From Blastocystis sp. Blastoise (Eukaryota > Protista > Bigyra: Opalinata): a stretch of DNA of 64,000 nt. The translations under genes and the position numbers were made by a program. Shown in pieces: positions 42,243 to 57,766 of this stretch (positions within the stretch are counted from its first letter, which is position 1; each line of letters begins with the position of its first letter). The stretch spans positions 1 through 64,000 of the forward strand of contig JBBPEB010000011.1 of the NCBI GenBank assembly GCA_039096225.1, given 5' to 3'. Under the pieces are notes generated by a model. It did not search any database. It saw nothing but the letters and a program-made list of their open reading frames with translations, and had not been told where the DNA came from.

Positions 42243-42704
42243 TATAGGATCAATTGAAAGGAATTGAATAATTTCAATATGTTTTTTTTTTCTATTTTAT
42301 CACACTTTCCAGTTGTTTTCGTTGTTTTTATTCAGTATACACATTTCTATGTATATCATTTGTTCTTAGCTTGTTATAATACATTATTTTTCGTTTTCTA
42401 TTTCTTATGTTTGTACAAGTTAACATTATTTGTTTCTGTTTTGTTTTGTTGAGGCGGATCTATTTTGTATCTATGATACTCATTTTAATAATAAGTTCTT
42501 ACATTCATCCAAACAAATAGAAACAATGCATAGTTAAAAGAAAACTAATAAAAAAAAAGAAAATGTTTTCTTGATTAATTTGTTAAAATGGCGGGGTTTT
42601 CACAAGGAGTTTTATGAAAAAAGAACAACAACTTATTTTGTTGTTTTGTCCAGAATACAAATTTCAATACATTTCTTTGTTCTTCATATAGACTATATTT
42701 CCAG

Positions 42705-46260
<3,556 letters not shown>

Positions 46261-46720
46261 ATTGAATTCAAAGAGTTTTAAACTTCTTTTCATTATCTTT
46301 TTTTATTTTCTAATTCTTTTCGTTTCTTTCTTTTCTATTTTTATTTGATATCATTTAATTATTTTTAATTATTTTTAATTACTTTTTATTATTTTTTACT
46401 TTTCATTACATTCATTTATACTGAATAAAAATCATTTTTTTCAATAATTTGTTTTTTTTTTAATTTAATATTTCTATATTCATACCATAACATAGAAATT
46501 ATTTATTATATACAATATGTATTATAAAAACATCACTATTTTACGAATAGTTGCACAAATCAACTCAATCAAAAATATTTTTTTAATAATCATAAGTTAT
46601 TTAGCATACATATGAAACATTAAATCATTTTTATCTTTAAAAAACTATTTTTTATAATAATGAATATAAAACTAGACTCTTCAAAAAAAACTTGATTATT
46701 ATTTTTATATTATATCCCTT

Positions 46721-47459
46721 ATGAACACCATGAATCCTATCAGCCGTCCTCAAACTTCCATTCCAATCACGTCTTCACAACAAGCTACCAAAAATAGTTT
46801 GTTTGAATGTGTTCAAAAAATATTGAAGCTTACTTATGCATTATCTACAGATGCAAATAAGTATTTATTATCTCTTTATATTATTATTCATGTTTATTAG
46901 ATCTATCGATACAGAAAATCAAAAACACATCAACTTTTTATTGTATATAATACGTCTATTAATATCTAATTTATGTTTGAATAACTATATATCATTTTAA
47001 AAAAACTTAGGGAGACTTATTCTAAAACGTTGGTTACATTGTCAAAAATTAATATTGATCCATCTATTGAAGTTCCAGTTTCATTATTAAAGTATTTATT
47101 TTTTTTATTTTTTTTTCTTTTGAATAATCTAGTCCAATAATATAATAAAATTAATGTTATATGTTTTTAGACATTTAGATTTAAAAACAAATAATCATCC
47201 AGATTTATATATAAAAGAATGTTTGAATGAAGTACGTGAAATGAATGAAGTCAATAATACAAGATTACAATTATATCAAACCTTTTCAGAATCATTTACA
47301 AAAGATCTTCAAAGTGTTCTTAATATATTAGAAGAAGCAGAAAATAATAATCAAATGGAAGAATCAGAAAATAATGATCAAATGGAAGAAGCAGAAAATA
47401 ATAATCAAAAAGAAGAGCCTCAAGAGTCTATGGATATAGATCAATTCTACACCAAATGA
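46721..47459 (+). CDS. MED10: Mediator complex subunit 10 (Nut2)-like, 4 exons
   Basis: VPVSLLKHLD...HPDLYIKECLNEVREMNE resembles the MED10 motif VPxExxxYID.GRNPxLYTKECL. Confidence 0.7.
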
Positions 47460-47919
47460 ACAATCTTAGTATTCTAGACTGTTTTAATATTTATTTATAT
47501 ATATGTCTTTATTGCTTTGTTGTTGTCATAGATAAAATAGTTATAGCATTTGTAAAAAATATATATATATTATACATATAATAACCCTATGACCATTTTA
47601 AAATCTTTAATAAAATTTAAAGAATAGCATATGAATTAATTTGATTCATCATAATAACTTGATATATAATATAAAGAAAACAAAACACAAGAATCGCCTT
47701 TAATAAATATTTTTGTATATAAAATGGTAAAAATTAAAATGAATTATAATCTTTTAAATGAATTATAATCTTTTAAATGAATTATAATCTTTAAAATGAA
47801 TTATAATCTTTATAAAGAGTTTCAAATAAAGAAAATAAAGTCAAATAATATTGAAGAGTATAAAGTATTGTTTTGTGTATAGGATAATGTTGATTGACAT
47901 ATATATATAGAGATAGTAT

Positions 47920-48538
47920 TTACTTTCTAATAGGTCTATATTCAGCGACAACCACAGCATGATCTCTTTCATAAGGTTCTAAAGTCAATTGTTCTAAGGG
48001 TTTGAATTGTTCTTGTTGTAACTTCTTGACTTCTTGAGCAAAGACAGCTTCAGGAGAAGCAGTAGAATCAATACAAGAAGCCTTAATAGATACCATACAA
48101 TGACCACCATTCTTTAAGAAATAATGAGAGTTAAGAGCAACAATACGAGCCTATAGAATAAATATAGTTTATATATAGTGTAAATGAAGAAATAATAATA
48201 GAATGATATATATATTAATAATAGAATGATAAATATATGAATAATAATAAAATGATAAATATATGAATAATACTATGAGTAAGAGAGAGACATACTTGAT
48301 CGGGTTGAGCAACATCAGCGAAGACAACATCGACCATATCTAAGAGCATACGGTATTTAAGAGGGTGACGAGCATCTTCTATAATAGGAATAATATTAGT
48401 ACGAATCTTAGCTAAGTTAATAAGATCACGACCAGATCTATGAGAGAACTCTACAGCATATACTAAACCAGTCTATATATATAAGTTGAATTATAAGAAT
48501 ATTCTATTTATAGATAACTATAATCATTTAATAATAAT

Positions 48539-48569
<31 letters not shown>

Positions 48570-49398
48570 CAGGTCCAACAATATCAGAGACATGAGAGAC
48601 AGTAGTACCAGAAGCAGCACCTAAATATAATACCTTAGCACCAGGCTTCATCCAAATATGATCAACACCACCCTATAGATAGATAACATAATATAAAATA
48701 TAATATAATATAAATATAATAATATAATATATTAATAATATAATATAAAATAATATAAAATAATATAAAATAATATAAAATAATATAAAATAATATAAAA
48801 TAATATAAAAAAACAATATAATAATAATATACTATAATATAAAATAAAAAACAATAAAAAATATACAAGAATAGCAGCAGCAATCTTTGAACGGAAAGGA
48901 TTCCATTGACGATATTCTTTCTTTTCACCAGCTTCTCCCTATAGAACAACAAAATAGAAATGAATATCATCAATAATAAATAAATAAAAAAACATCCGGG
49001 AACATCTACAGAAATACGTTTTTCACCATAGACATCTTTACCAGGAGTAAGATTAAGAGTGACTAAAACATCTTCCTTAGGAGTAGAAGCAATATAAACA
49101 CCTTCATGCTTGTGGGGTTGAATAGTAACCTTAGCACCACCTCTCATACCACCACGACCACCACGGCCACCTCTACCACCAGAACCACCACGGCCACCAA
49201 AGCCTCCACGACCACCTCTACCTCCAGCACCACCACGGCCACCAAAACCACCACGGCCACCTCTACCTCCAGCACCACCTCTACCTCCACGTCCACCAAA
49301 ACCACCACGATCACCTATAAAAATAATGATGTTAATAACAACTCTTTATATTATCTTTATCATGTATAGAATAAAGAGAGCAACATACCGAAACCCAT
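47920..49398 (-). CDS. FBL: Fibrillarin (rRNA 2'-O-methyltransferase), 6 exons
   Basis: RGG/GAR N-terminus, [31 protein letters not shown] and [11 protein letters not shown]. Confidence 0.97.
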
Positions 49399-49853
49399 TT
49401 TCTGTTATACTACGGTTAAAAAAGAAAGAAATCAAACAATTAAGTAAGGAATTGTTTTTAATTTAGAAAAATGAACAATGAAACGATACTTATGGTTTTT
49501 TATCTCATAAACAAGGCGACTACTCATGTTTTATATTCCCATGATTTTCTGTTTTCTACGATTTATGTTTTTATAATAATCATGAATACCATTTTTGATT
49601 CTATCTTGTTTGTGACAAAGATTTCTATTTTTAAAAAATGAGTCAGAAAGAATAAATAATCATGAATATGAAGGACGTGAAGAATCAAGGAAATCGATAA
49701 TTCACACACACAAAAATGAATTATGAAAAACGTAAGAAAAAGCCAGGCAACTTTTTTCCCTCTTAGTTGTTTGAATACGAATTTAATTAATTTTAAATCT
49801 AATTAAACTATTAAAAATACCTTAGATTTACTTAATAAGTTGTTTGAAGTGTG

Positions 49854-51097
49854 ATGAATTCGATTAAACGTTATTTTACAACAGTTGAAGATAAGAATGA
49901 TATCAAAAAAGTATAGTTCTATTAAATAAGATCTAATATATGTAGATTAAAGTAGCTTCTGATGAGATTAAGAGTAACCAAAAAGATTCTACAGCTATAA
50001 TCTCTCCAAGTTCTGTATTAGACACGAGTATTTTAACTAGAAAAATGATTTTATATTAACTATATTATTATTTGATTCTTATATATTGATTATATAGTTG
50101 ATTCCGAAACAAGTTCTAATAAAAATGAGAAAGATGTTCAAATAATTAATGTTTCTACTCCTACTGAGTCTGTGTCTAGTGATCAAGTTAAAACTAAACT
50201 TATTAAATCAAATTCAATGTCAAAATCGAAATCTGGTTCTACTAAGAAAAAATCAAAGAAATCTAAAAAAGTTATTCCTAGTGATTCTGAAGAAGATGAT
50301 GAAAATGAATATATACCAGATGAAGATGAAGAAGAAGAAATAGAATATTCTGAAGAAGATGAGGAGGATAATGTTATTCATATAGATAATGATGTTAATA
50401 AAGAAGATGAAAGTATGATTATATTTATATTGTTTATTATATTTATTATTATTATATATATAGATGAAGATGATGAAGTTGATGATGAATTTAGAGTATA
50501 TAATTATTTATTATTATTATTATTATTAGAGTTGGGCTAGAGAACATTCGAAAGAAGTAGATACCAAGTATATTTATATTATATATATATATGTTAAATA
50601 TATATAGTAATAAATCAACAATTGATATTCTTATTCAAAAAGCAGTTTGTGTTGTTCAAGAAATCCAAAAACAACAGGAAGGTATATATTAATAGTATAT
50701 ATTATTATATATTATATATATAGAAGTTGAAGATTCCAAAAAGACTCAATTTAAACAACCTGCATCAATGAAAGCAGGAAAGTTATTTCCTTATCAATTA
50801 GAAGGTATAAATTGGATGCGAAAATTGTTTGAAAATTGTTCTCATGGATTATTAGCAGGTATATATATATATATGTTATATATATATATATAGATGAGAT
50901 GGGTTTAGGTAAGACCATTCAAGTGATTGGGTTATATGCGTATTTACGTGAGAATGGTATTTGGGGACCTGTATTAATTATAGCGCCGCTATCTACCTTA
51001 GGCAACTGGATGAAGGAATTCAAAAAGTATATTTATATAGTATTATTATATTTATTATATATATTTATTATTATATTTATTATTATATTTATTATTA

Positions 51098-51131
<34 letters not shown>

Positions 51132-51335
51132 GATGGTCTCCAGAAGTCAATGTTCAACTATTTTATGGCACGAAAGAAGAGCGTGAAGAGAAGAAAAAAC
51201 AAATAAAGAGAATATTCAAAGAAAAAGATATTGTATATATATATATTATATTATTATACTTATTATTATATAGATGAAGCGTCCAGTAATTATAACATCA
51301 TATGATGTTTGTAGAATTGAAGAACAATTTCTACG

Positions 51336-51366
<31 letters not shown>

Positions 51367-53253
51367 TGTCTGCTATAGAGCGTCTGACTTGGTTTTATAT
51401 CGTTGTTGATGAAGGTCATCGCTTGAAGAATCATAACAGTGCCCTTATGAAATGTCTATTCACATTTGCTCATAATCCTAATACATCAAGACTTATTCTT
51501 ACAGGAACACCACTACAAGTATATTATATATTATATATTATATATTATATATATATATAGAATAATTTAAAAGAGTTATGGTCATTATTAAACTTCCTTC
51601 TTCCTGATGTATTTGTCTCCCCTCAACAATTTATTACTTGGTATATATATATTATATATATTATATATATATTATATATATATTATATATATTATATATA
51701 TATTATATATATTATATATATATTATATATATATTATATATATTATATATATATTATATATATTATATATATATAGGTTTGATTTTTCTCAATCAAAGAC
51801 TGAAGATTATCGTCAGAATTTAATTAACACATTTCGACAAGTATTATCTCCCTTCTTTTTACGCCGTACAAAACAGGAGATTGAAGTGCATCTACCGGAG
51901 AAGAGAGAATGTATTATATATACACAAATGGCACCTTCTCAACAACAAATGTATATATATATATCTATATATATATATATAATATCTATATATATATATA
52001 TATAGATATGACATGATATTTGATCAAGGTGACGCATACAGGCAGTTACTTCAAAGTGAGGGATGCAGATTAGTGTCTCGAAGCATGAATAATCCGATGA
52101 TGCGTCTGCGTCAGTGCGTCAGTCATCCATTCATTATCTATGAAGATAATGACGCACAGGGGGATGTCATCACCAATGAAAATCTTATTAAAGTATATAT
52201 ATATATATAGAGTTATATATATATATATATAGAGTAGTGGTAAGTTATTAGTATTAGATCATCTCTTGAAACAACTATATAAGGATAAACATCGAGTTCT
52301 CATCTTTACTCAATTTAAAGAAGTATATATATAATATTATTAGTATTAGCATTATATTTAATATTCATTCTTATTCTTATTTTTATTCTGTATATAGATG
52401 ATTAGTATTTTTGAAGATTACCTCAATTTTAGAAAGTATATTCATTATATTATATTATATTACATTATATTATATTATATATATAGTTATTCTTATTGCG
52501 TTCTCGATGGATCCGTGTCTCAAGAACAGCGTCAAACGGACATTGACGCGTATGCCGTCGATGAATCCCTCTTCTGTTATATTCTCACAACACGTGCAGG
52601 GGGACAAGGTATCAATCTTTCAGCTGCAGACACGTGTATTATCTATGACAGTGATTGGAATCCCCAAATGGATATACAGGCCATGGACCGTTGTCATCGA
52701 CTCGGGCAAACAAGACCTGTTGCGGTGTATATATATATATATACATATATATAAATACATTAATTATTATTATTCTATAGTTATCGTTTGGTAACAGTGA
52801 ATTCGATAGATTTACATATGCAAAAGATTTGTGAGGATAAGAAGATTTTAGAGAAGATTATTACACATAAGAACAAAAAGGTATATATCTCTCCTCTATC
52901 TTATTATCTATACTCTTCTATATTATTATCTATATTCTTTTTTCTAATTATTTATACTCTTCTATATTATTATTTATACTCTTCTATATTATTATCTATA
53001 TTCTTCTATATTATTATCTATATTCTTCTATCTATAGTCCCAAGGCTTAGAGAGACTGACTTATGCTGAATATAAACAATTAATCAAAGAAAATACTATT
53101 GCTAATCACGATATTCAACCTATATCCATGAAATCCTTAGATGTTCTCGCACGTGCTCATGCTAGTGGTTCTATCGATACTATTGGTGAAGGATGGGAAG
53201 TTGTGAATTCTGTCCATTCGGATTTCATGAATGATTTAGTAACTTCCAAATAA
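49854..53253 (+). CDS. SNF2-family chromatin remodeller, HELLS/LSH/DDM1-like, many exons
   Basis: [66 protein letters not shown] and [25 protein letters not shown]. The QAMDRCHR motif is typical of LSH/DDM1. Confidence 0.85.
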
Positions 53254-53752
53254 ACTCTATATACATTTATATTCATTCATATATATTCATAATATTCATT
53301 TTTTTATGGGGATTTCTACTATTCTTTTTTTTTTTATTATCTATTTTTATTATCTTTTTTATATTTTTTTTATTATCTTTTTTCTGATATTGACACGTAT
53401 TCATTTTATAGTCACGTTTCTTTTGGATTTTTATTTTTTCGTTTCTATGTATGGTTTTCTTTTGTCTATATTTCTCTTTATGTTTTATATATTTTCATCT
53501 TTTATTGTTTTCATTATTGTAATTCACTCGTCGTCTATATCTTTTATGTTTAATATATATATAACAGTACTTCCTTTATATTATATACAACACATATCTA
53601 TACATTTCTTTTATATTCAAAATACAACAAAACACAATAAATTTCATTCAAATGACATTTAAAGGATAATAAGCAAAATTGTGCAAAAAAAACTAGAATA
53701 CATGAAAAAGAGAAAAGAAATAAAAGGATACACGAAAATTTTTTAAAAATAA

Positions 53753-54400
53753 TTAATTAATATTAATCTTCTTTGTTTCCTTAGGAGCAATTTGTTCTTT
53801 AGGAATAGTTAAATGTAAGACACCATTTTCATATTGAGCAGAGATATTATCTTGATCAACGTGGTCAGGAAGAGCAATAGTTCTTTGGAATGAACCAAAA
53901 GAACGTTCAACATAACGATAATTAGTAGTTTCATCACCTTCATGGATTTCATCTTTACGTTCACATTCAATAGTAAGATTATCATCATCAGTAGCGATAT
54001 GAATATCTTCTTTATTCATACCAGGAAGATCAACAGAAACAACGAAATTATTCTTATTCTCTTTTACATCTAAACGACCAAATCCAGAAGTAGGATGAAT
54101 CAATTTATTACTTCTTTGTCTAGTAAGAGTATTCATATTCTTCTTATTATCCTTCTTAGGACAATTACATTGTTCTTTTGTACATTTACATTCACCTTTA
54201 GGACAAGTACAAGTACCAGCAGGACAAGGACAATCTTTATTATCACAAGTATTTGTTTGTTTAGTTTCAGCTTCAGGTTCTTCTTGTTCTTCATCAGGAA
54301 TAATACTATTTAAGAAGAAAGAAGGTCTGAAGAAATCACGACGAGGAGCAGCTCTGTAAGCATCAAAGAAAGGATCATAATCACCAAATAAGAAACTCAT
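53753..54400 (-). CDS. Small heat-shock protein (HSP20/alpha-crystallin domain) with Cys-rich insert, intronless
   Basis: LDVKE, VDLPGM, ERSFGSFQRTIALP, AQYENGVLHLTIPK and a C-terminal IxI. Confidence 0.95.
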   Translation of the reverse strand: MSFLFGDYDPFFDAYRAAPRRDFFRPSFFLNSIIPDEEQEEPEAETKQTNTCDNKDCPCPAGTCTCPKGECKCTKEQCNCPKKDNKKNMNTLTRQRSNKLIHPTSGFGRLDVKENKNNFVVSVDLPGMNKEDIHIATDDDNLTIECERKDEIHEGDETTNYRYVERSFGSFQRTIALPDHVDQDNISAQYENGVLHLTIPKEQIAPKETKKININ

Positions 54401-54548
54401 TGTTAATCAATAACTTAATAAAATAGCTTTTTAATAAACTTTAATTTTTAAATTAAATAATTTATGAAGAAGTATTAGAACATATTTTCAAATAGAGTCG
54501 TTAAACATGATAAACATCAAAGAAGAAAATAGAAAAGAAAAGAAAAAG

Positions 54549-54603
54549 AGAATAGCCTAGAATATTCGAGAACACGGTTCTTTCGACAATTCTAGGCTAT
54601 TCT
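54549..54603. promoter_or_regulatory. Heat-shock element inside a 15-bp perfect inverted repeat (bidirectional HSP20 promoter)
   Basis: aGAAtaTTCgaGAAc at 54559-54573. Arms AGAATAGCCTAGAAT (54549-63) and ATTCTAGGCTATTCT (54589-603). Confidence 0.8.
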
Positions 54604-54706
54604 TCACATTATTTCATGGGAAAAAGAAAGACAATAAAAGTCATAAATCATAAATTGATTGGTCATTTATCAGAGATAAATCAATTTATTGGTTCTTCTA
54701 TAGGAT

Positions 54707-54736
54707 CTTCCAGTAAATTCTAGATGGTTCCAGAAT
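54707..54736. promoter_or_regulatory. Second heat-shock element array (six alternating pentamers, two imperfect)
   Basis: cTTCc aGTAa aTTCt aGATg gTTCc aGAAt, 100 bp upstream of the + strand HSP20 ATG. Confidence 0.7.
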
Positions 54737-54836
54737 ACAAAAACAATAATTCATACATGAAAAAAAGATTTCATATATTTTGTCATAATTATTTTTTTAA
54801 TTAATTAAAAGCGATTTAATATTGAGTAATAAAAAA

Positions 54837-55397
54837 ATGTCTTTTATTTTTGATGGTTTATTTAATGATCCTATTGATGATCTCTTTGATACTATGTACA
54901 GACCTTTAAGAATGCGTCGTCATTTACTTGCTAATCCTTGTGGTGATAAGATTTGTAATGAATGTGATCATGCTTGTAAGAAAGGAAAGAAGAATATGAA
55001 GTCGAATGAATCTGATCAAAGCTTATGTACTATACCTAAAGGTGATTTGATTAATCCTTTCTATGGTTTTGGACGTATGGATATCAAAGAAAATAAAGAT
55101 AACTATGAAGTTCACGCTGATTTACCTGGTATGGAGAAAGATCAAATTGATGTGAATATAAAGGATAATATGATAACAATTGGTTGTGAACGAAAGGAAG
55201 AAAAGAAAGAAGATGACGATGAAAAACATTATCATTATTCTGAACGTCATTTTGGTACTTATAAGAGAAGTATGTCTATTCCTGATGATATTGATGCAGA
55301 ACATATTACTGCTGAATATACAAATGGTGTTTTAAAAGTCACTATTCCTAAAACAAAAGTTGCTGAAAAAGAAACTAAAAAAATTACTATTCAGTAA
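54837..55397 (+). CDS. Small heat-shock protein (HSP20), intronless paralog
   Basis: MDIKE, ADLPGM, ERHFGTYKRS and AEYTNGVLKVTIPK. The true ATG is at 54837; the ORF track starts at an upstream TTG. Confidence 0.95.
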   Translation: MSFIFDGLFNDPIDDLFDTMYRPLRMRRHLLANPCGDKICNECDHACKKGKKNMKSNESDQSLCTIPKGDLINPFYGFGRMDIKENKDNYEVHADLPGMEKDQIDVNIKDNMITIGCERKEEKKEDDDEKHYHYSERHFGTYKRSMSIPDDIDAEHITAEYTNGVLKVTIPKTKVAEKETKKITIQ

Positions 55398-56184
55398 ATT
55401 ATAAGCTTTGTATTTTTTTTAATTTTTTGTCTATTGTATTATTATTTTGTCTATAACATTATGTGTTTTCTCATCAGTATATAAATAGTTGATGTTTATC
55501 TTTTTGTTTGTTTTGTTATCCAAGAAATCATTAGTTATTATATCACCATTAGAGAAATCATATATATAATTATATTAATAATTTTTTCCCTTTATTACTC
55601 TATATAATATCTACTATTATTAGCAAATATTTTGTGTGTTTCATAATAATAATCAGAAGATATCAGTTCAAGTTCATATATAGAAATATTAAAGAAAATA
55701 AAACCATAGAATTAGAGATACATAAAAAATAACAAAACACAAGTTCAACACATCCAAAAAACTAAAAGTATAAAAATTAAATAAGAGAAAACAGTAAATA
55801 GCTCATTAGCACTATAGTTACTATAATTCAAAAAAAAAACAGAAAAAAATATATATAAATATTAAGATAAATAAAAATAAAAATATATATAAATATTAAG
55901 ATAAATAAAAATAAAAATATATATGTATATATAGATATATCGATAAATTAAAAAAATTACCCCCAAAAAGAAAAGAATAGAAGAGATACATATATGAATT
56001 AATAGAAATATGTAAAATAGAAAAAAGGAAATAGTCTAGAAAGATATATGTATCAGGATAAGTAGATAATAATAGAATAAGGATAGATAACGTGATGTAG
56101 CAGTTCTTTATATTTGTATATATAGGAGAAGAAAGAGAGATTTAATATAGTATATACATAGTAGTAGATATAAATAATAGATGC

Positions 56185-57766
56185 CTAAAGTGAAGAATAA
56201 GATCCATTCACAGTAGAAGGTAAACTCATTCCCGTGGGAATATGAGTATTGATAGGTTTATTTTGAACTGGATTCATGGGATACGAAATAGACTCTGCGG
56301 GTACTATTGAAGAATTCTATACATTATATGTGTTTATTATTGTTATATTATTGTTATATTATTATTATTATTATATATATATATACAGTAGAACTAGTAG
56401 AGTTTGTTTTGGCCAGTTTGGCTGGTGAAGCAGAATGACTAGTTTTATGTGAAGTAGATTGTCTATTTAACGTCTTCCAACGTGATTTAACGTTATTCTG
56501 AGTTCGTCCATTCATTTTATTTGCGATTTTACTCCATTGACTGCCCATCGATTTAAAGAGAGATAATAGCATTTGATCTTCTTCTACAGTCCATACACCT
56601 TTATTAATTTCAGGTCTCAAATGTTCATTCCAACGTTCACGACACTGTTTATTGGTTTTCCCAGGCACGTGCTCGCTAACGGCTGTCCATCTTTTGGAAT
56701 CTCGAAGTCCCTCCGTATCTTTGTACGCCTTACGAAGTAAATTATCTTCTTCTAACGACCAATGACCCTATATATTATTATTATAGTTATTATTATGAAT
56801 ATAATAAAACTATTATACATCTATATATATATGTATATTACCTTTTTGATTCCTGCCTTGAGTACATTTCTCCATCTCTGAGCACACTGAACATAAGACT
56901 TATCACCCACATGTACAATCATGAAGGAACATATATGTATAGAATATCATTAATATCATTATAATATCATTATAATATCATTATAATATCATTATAATAT
57001 CATTATAATATCATTATAATATCATTATAATATAATAAAAATAAAGAAAAAAAAAAGATATATGAAGCAATTTCTTTCCATTGTCTCTCTCCATATTTCA
57101 TAACCGCGGTTTTTAATTTGGCGTCATCTTCAAGAGTCCAACATCTCTATATATATATATATATTAATTTATATATATATCATTAATAAAATCATTTAAT
57201 ATAGAATCACTTCATTATCTGAAAGTTATAATGAATACTTACATGTCGTTTTTCAGAGTTACTTCTAGATAAAGAGGAAACAGATGAATGTTGTGAATCA
57301 GTCTCAAGTATACAAATTAAAGAAATTCAATAACATATATATACATAGATAATTCCATATAAAATAAAAAACATTATAATTAATAAATAACTCAAATACT
57401 TGATAAATAATCAAAAAGGATATAATTAGTATCATAACTTTGGCTTTGTTGAAAGAATGGAGTATTTTCATTCAATTGATTATTTTGTCCTATAGTTTGA
57501 GATTCTAAAATAAGATCTGATGATGAAGTATTTTCACCCTGACTATCTGATACATCTGGACTTGATACTTGGTTTACATCTTGGAGAACACTTGTAGGAC
57601 TATCCTTATTATATAGATCATTAAAACTTTTTCCATTCTCATTGTTCTCTACCTTTTCTAAGCACGATTGCTTCACATTTTCAGATAAGGAAGATGGAAC
57701 TGAAGAATCAGAATTGTCTATTTCCGTCTTCAGTACTTCGAGCAGCATTGATAGCTTCCCACTCAT
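56185..57766 (-). CDS. Three-repeat (3R) MYB transcription factor, 6 exons
   Basis: Repeats WTLEDDAKL..QWKEIA..QCAQRW, GHWSLEED..QCRERW and GVWTVEED..WSKIA..NNVKSRW. Confidence 0.9.
56913..57061 (-). other. U12-type AT-AC intron in MYB repeat 1
   Basis: 5' ATATCTTT, branch-like TTCCTTCAT, 3' TAC. Removal gives WKEIAS|YVGDKSYVQCAQRW. Confidence 0.9.
57308..57423 (-). other. U12-type AT-AC intron (first intron of the MYB gene)
   Basis: Canonical 5' ATATCCTT, branch-like TTCTTTAAT, 3' TAC. Phase-1 join DTN|FETDS. No frame-compatible GT-AG pair found nearby. Confidence 0.85.

Noticed and set aside
42588-42601. E2F-like site TGGCGGGGTTTT upstream of EXO1
   Set aside because: A single short imperfect match; plausible but unsupported.
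48939-48997. Intronic box C/D snoRNA in fibrillarin (TGATGA present)
   Set aside because: No box D (CTGA) and the intron is too short.
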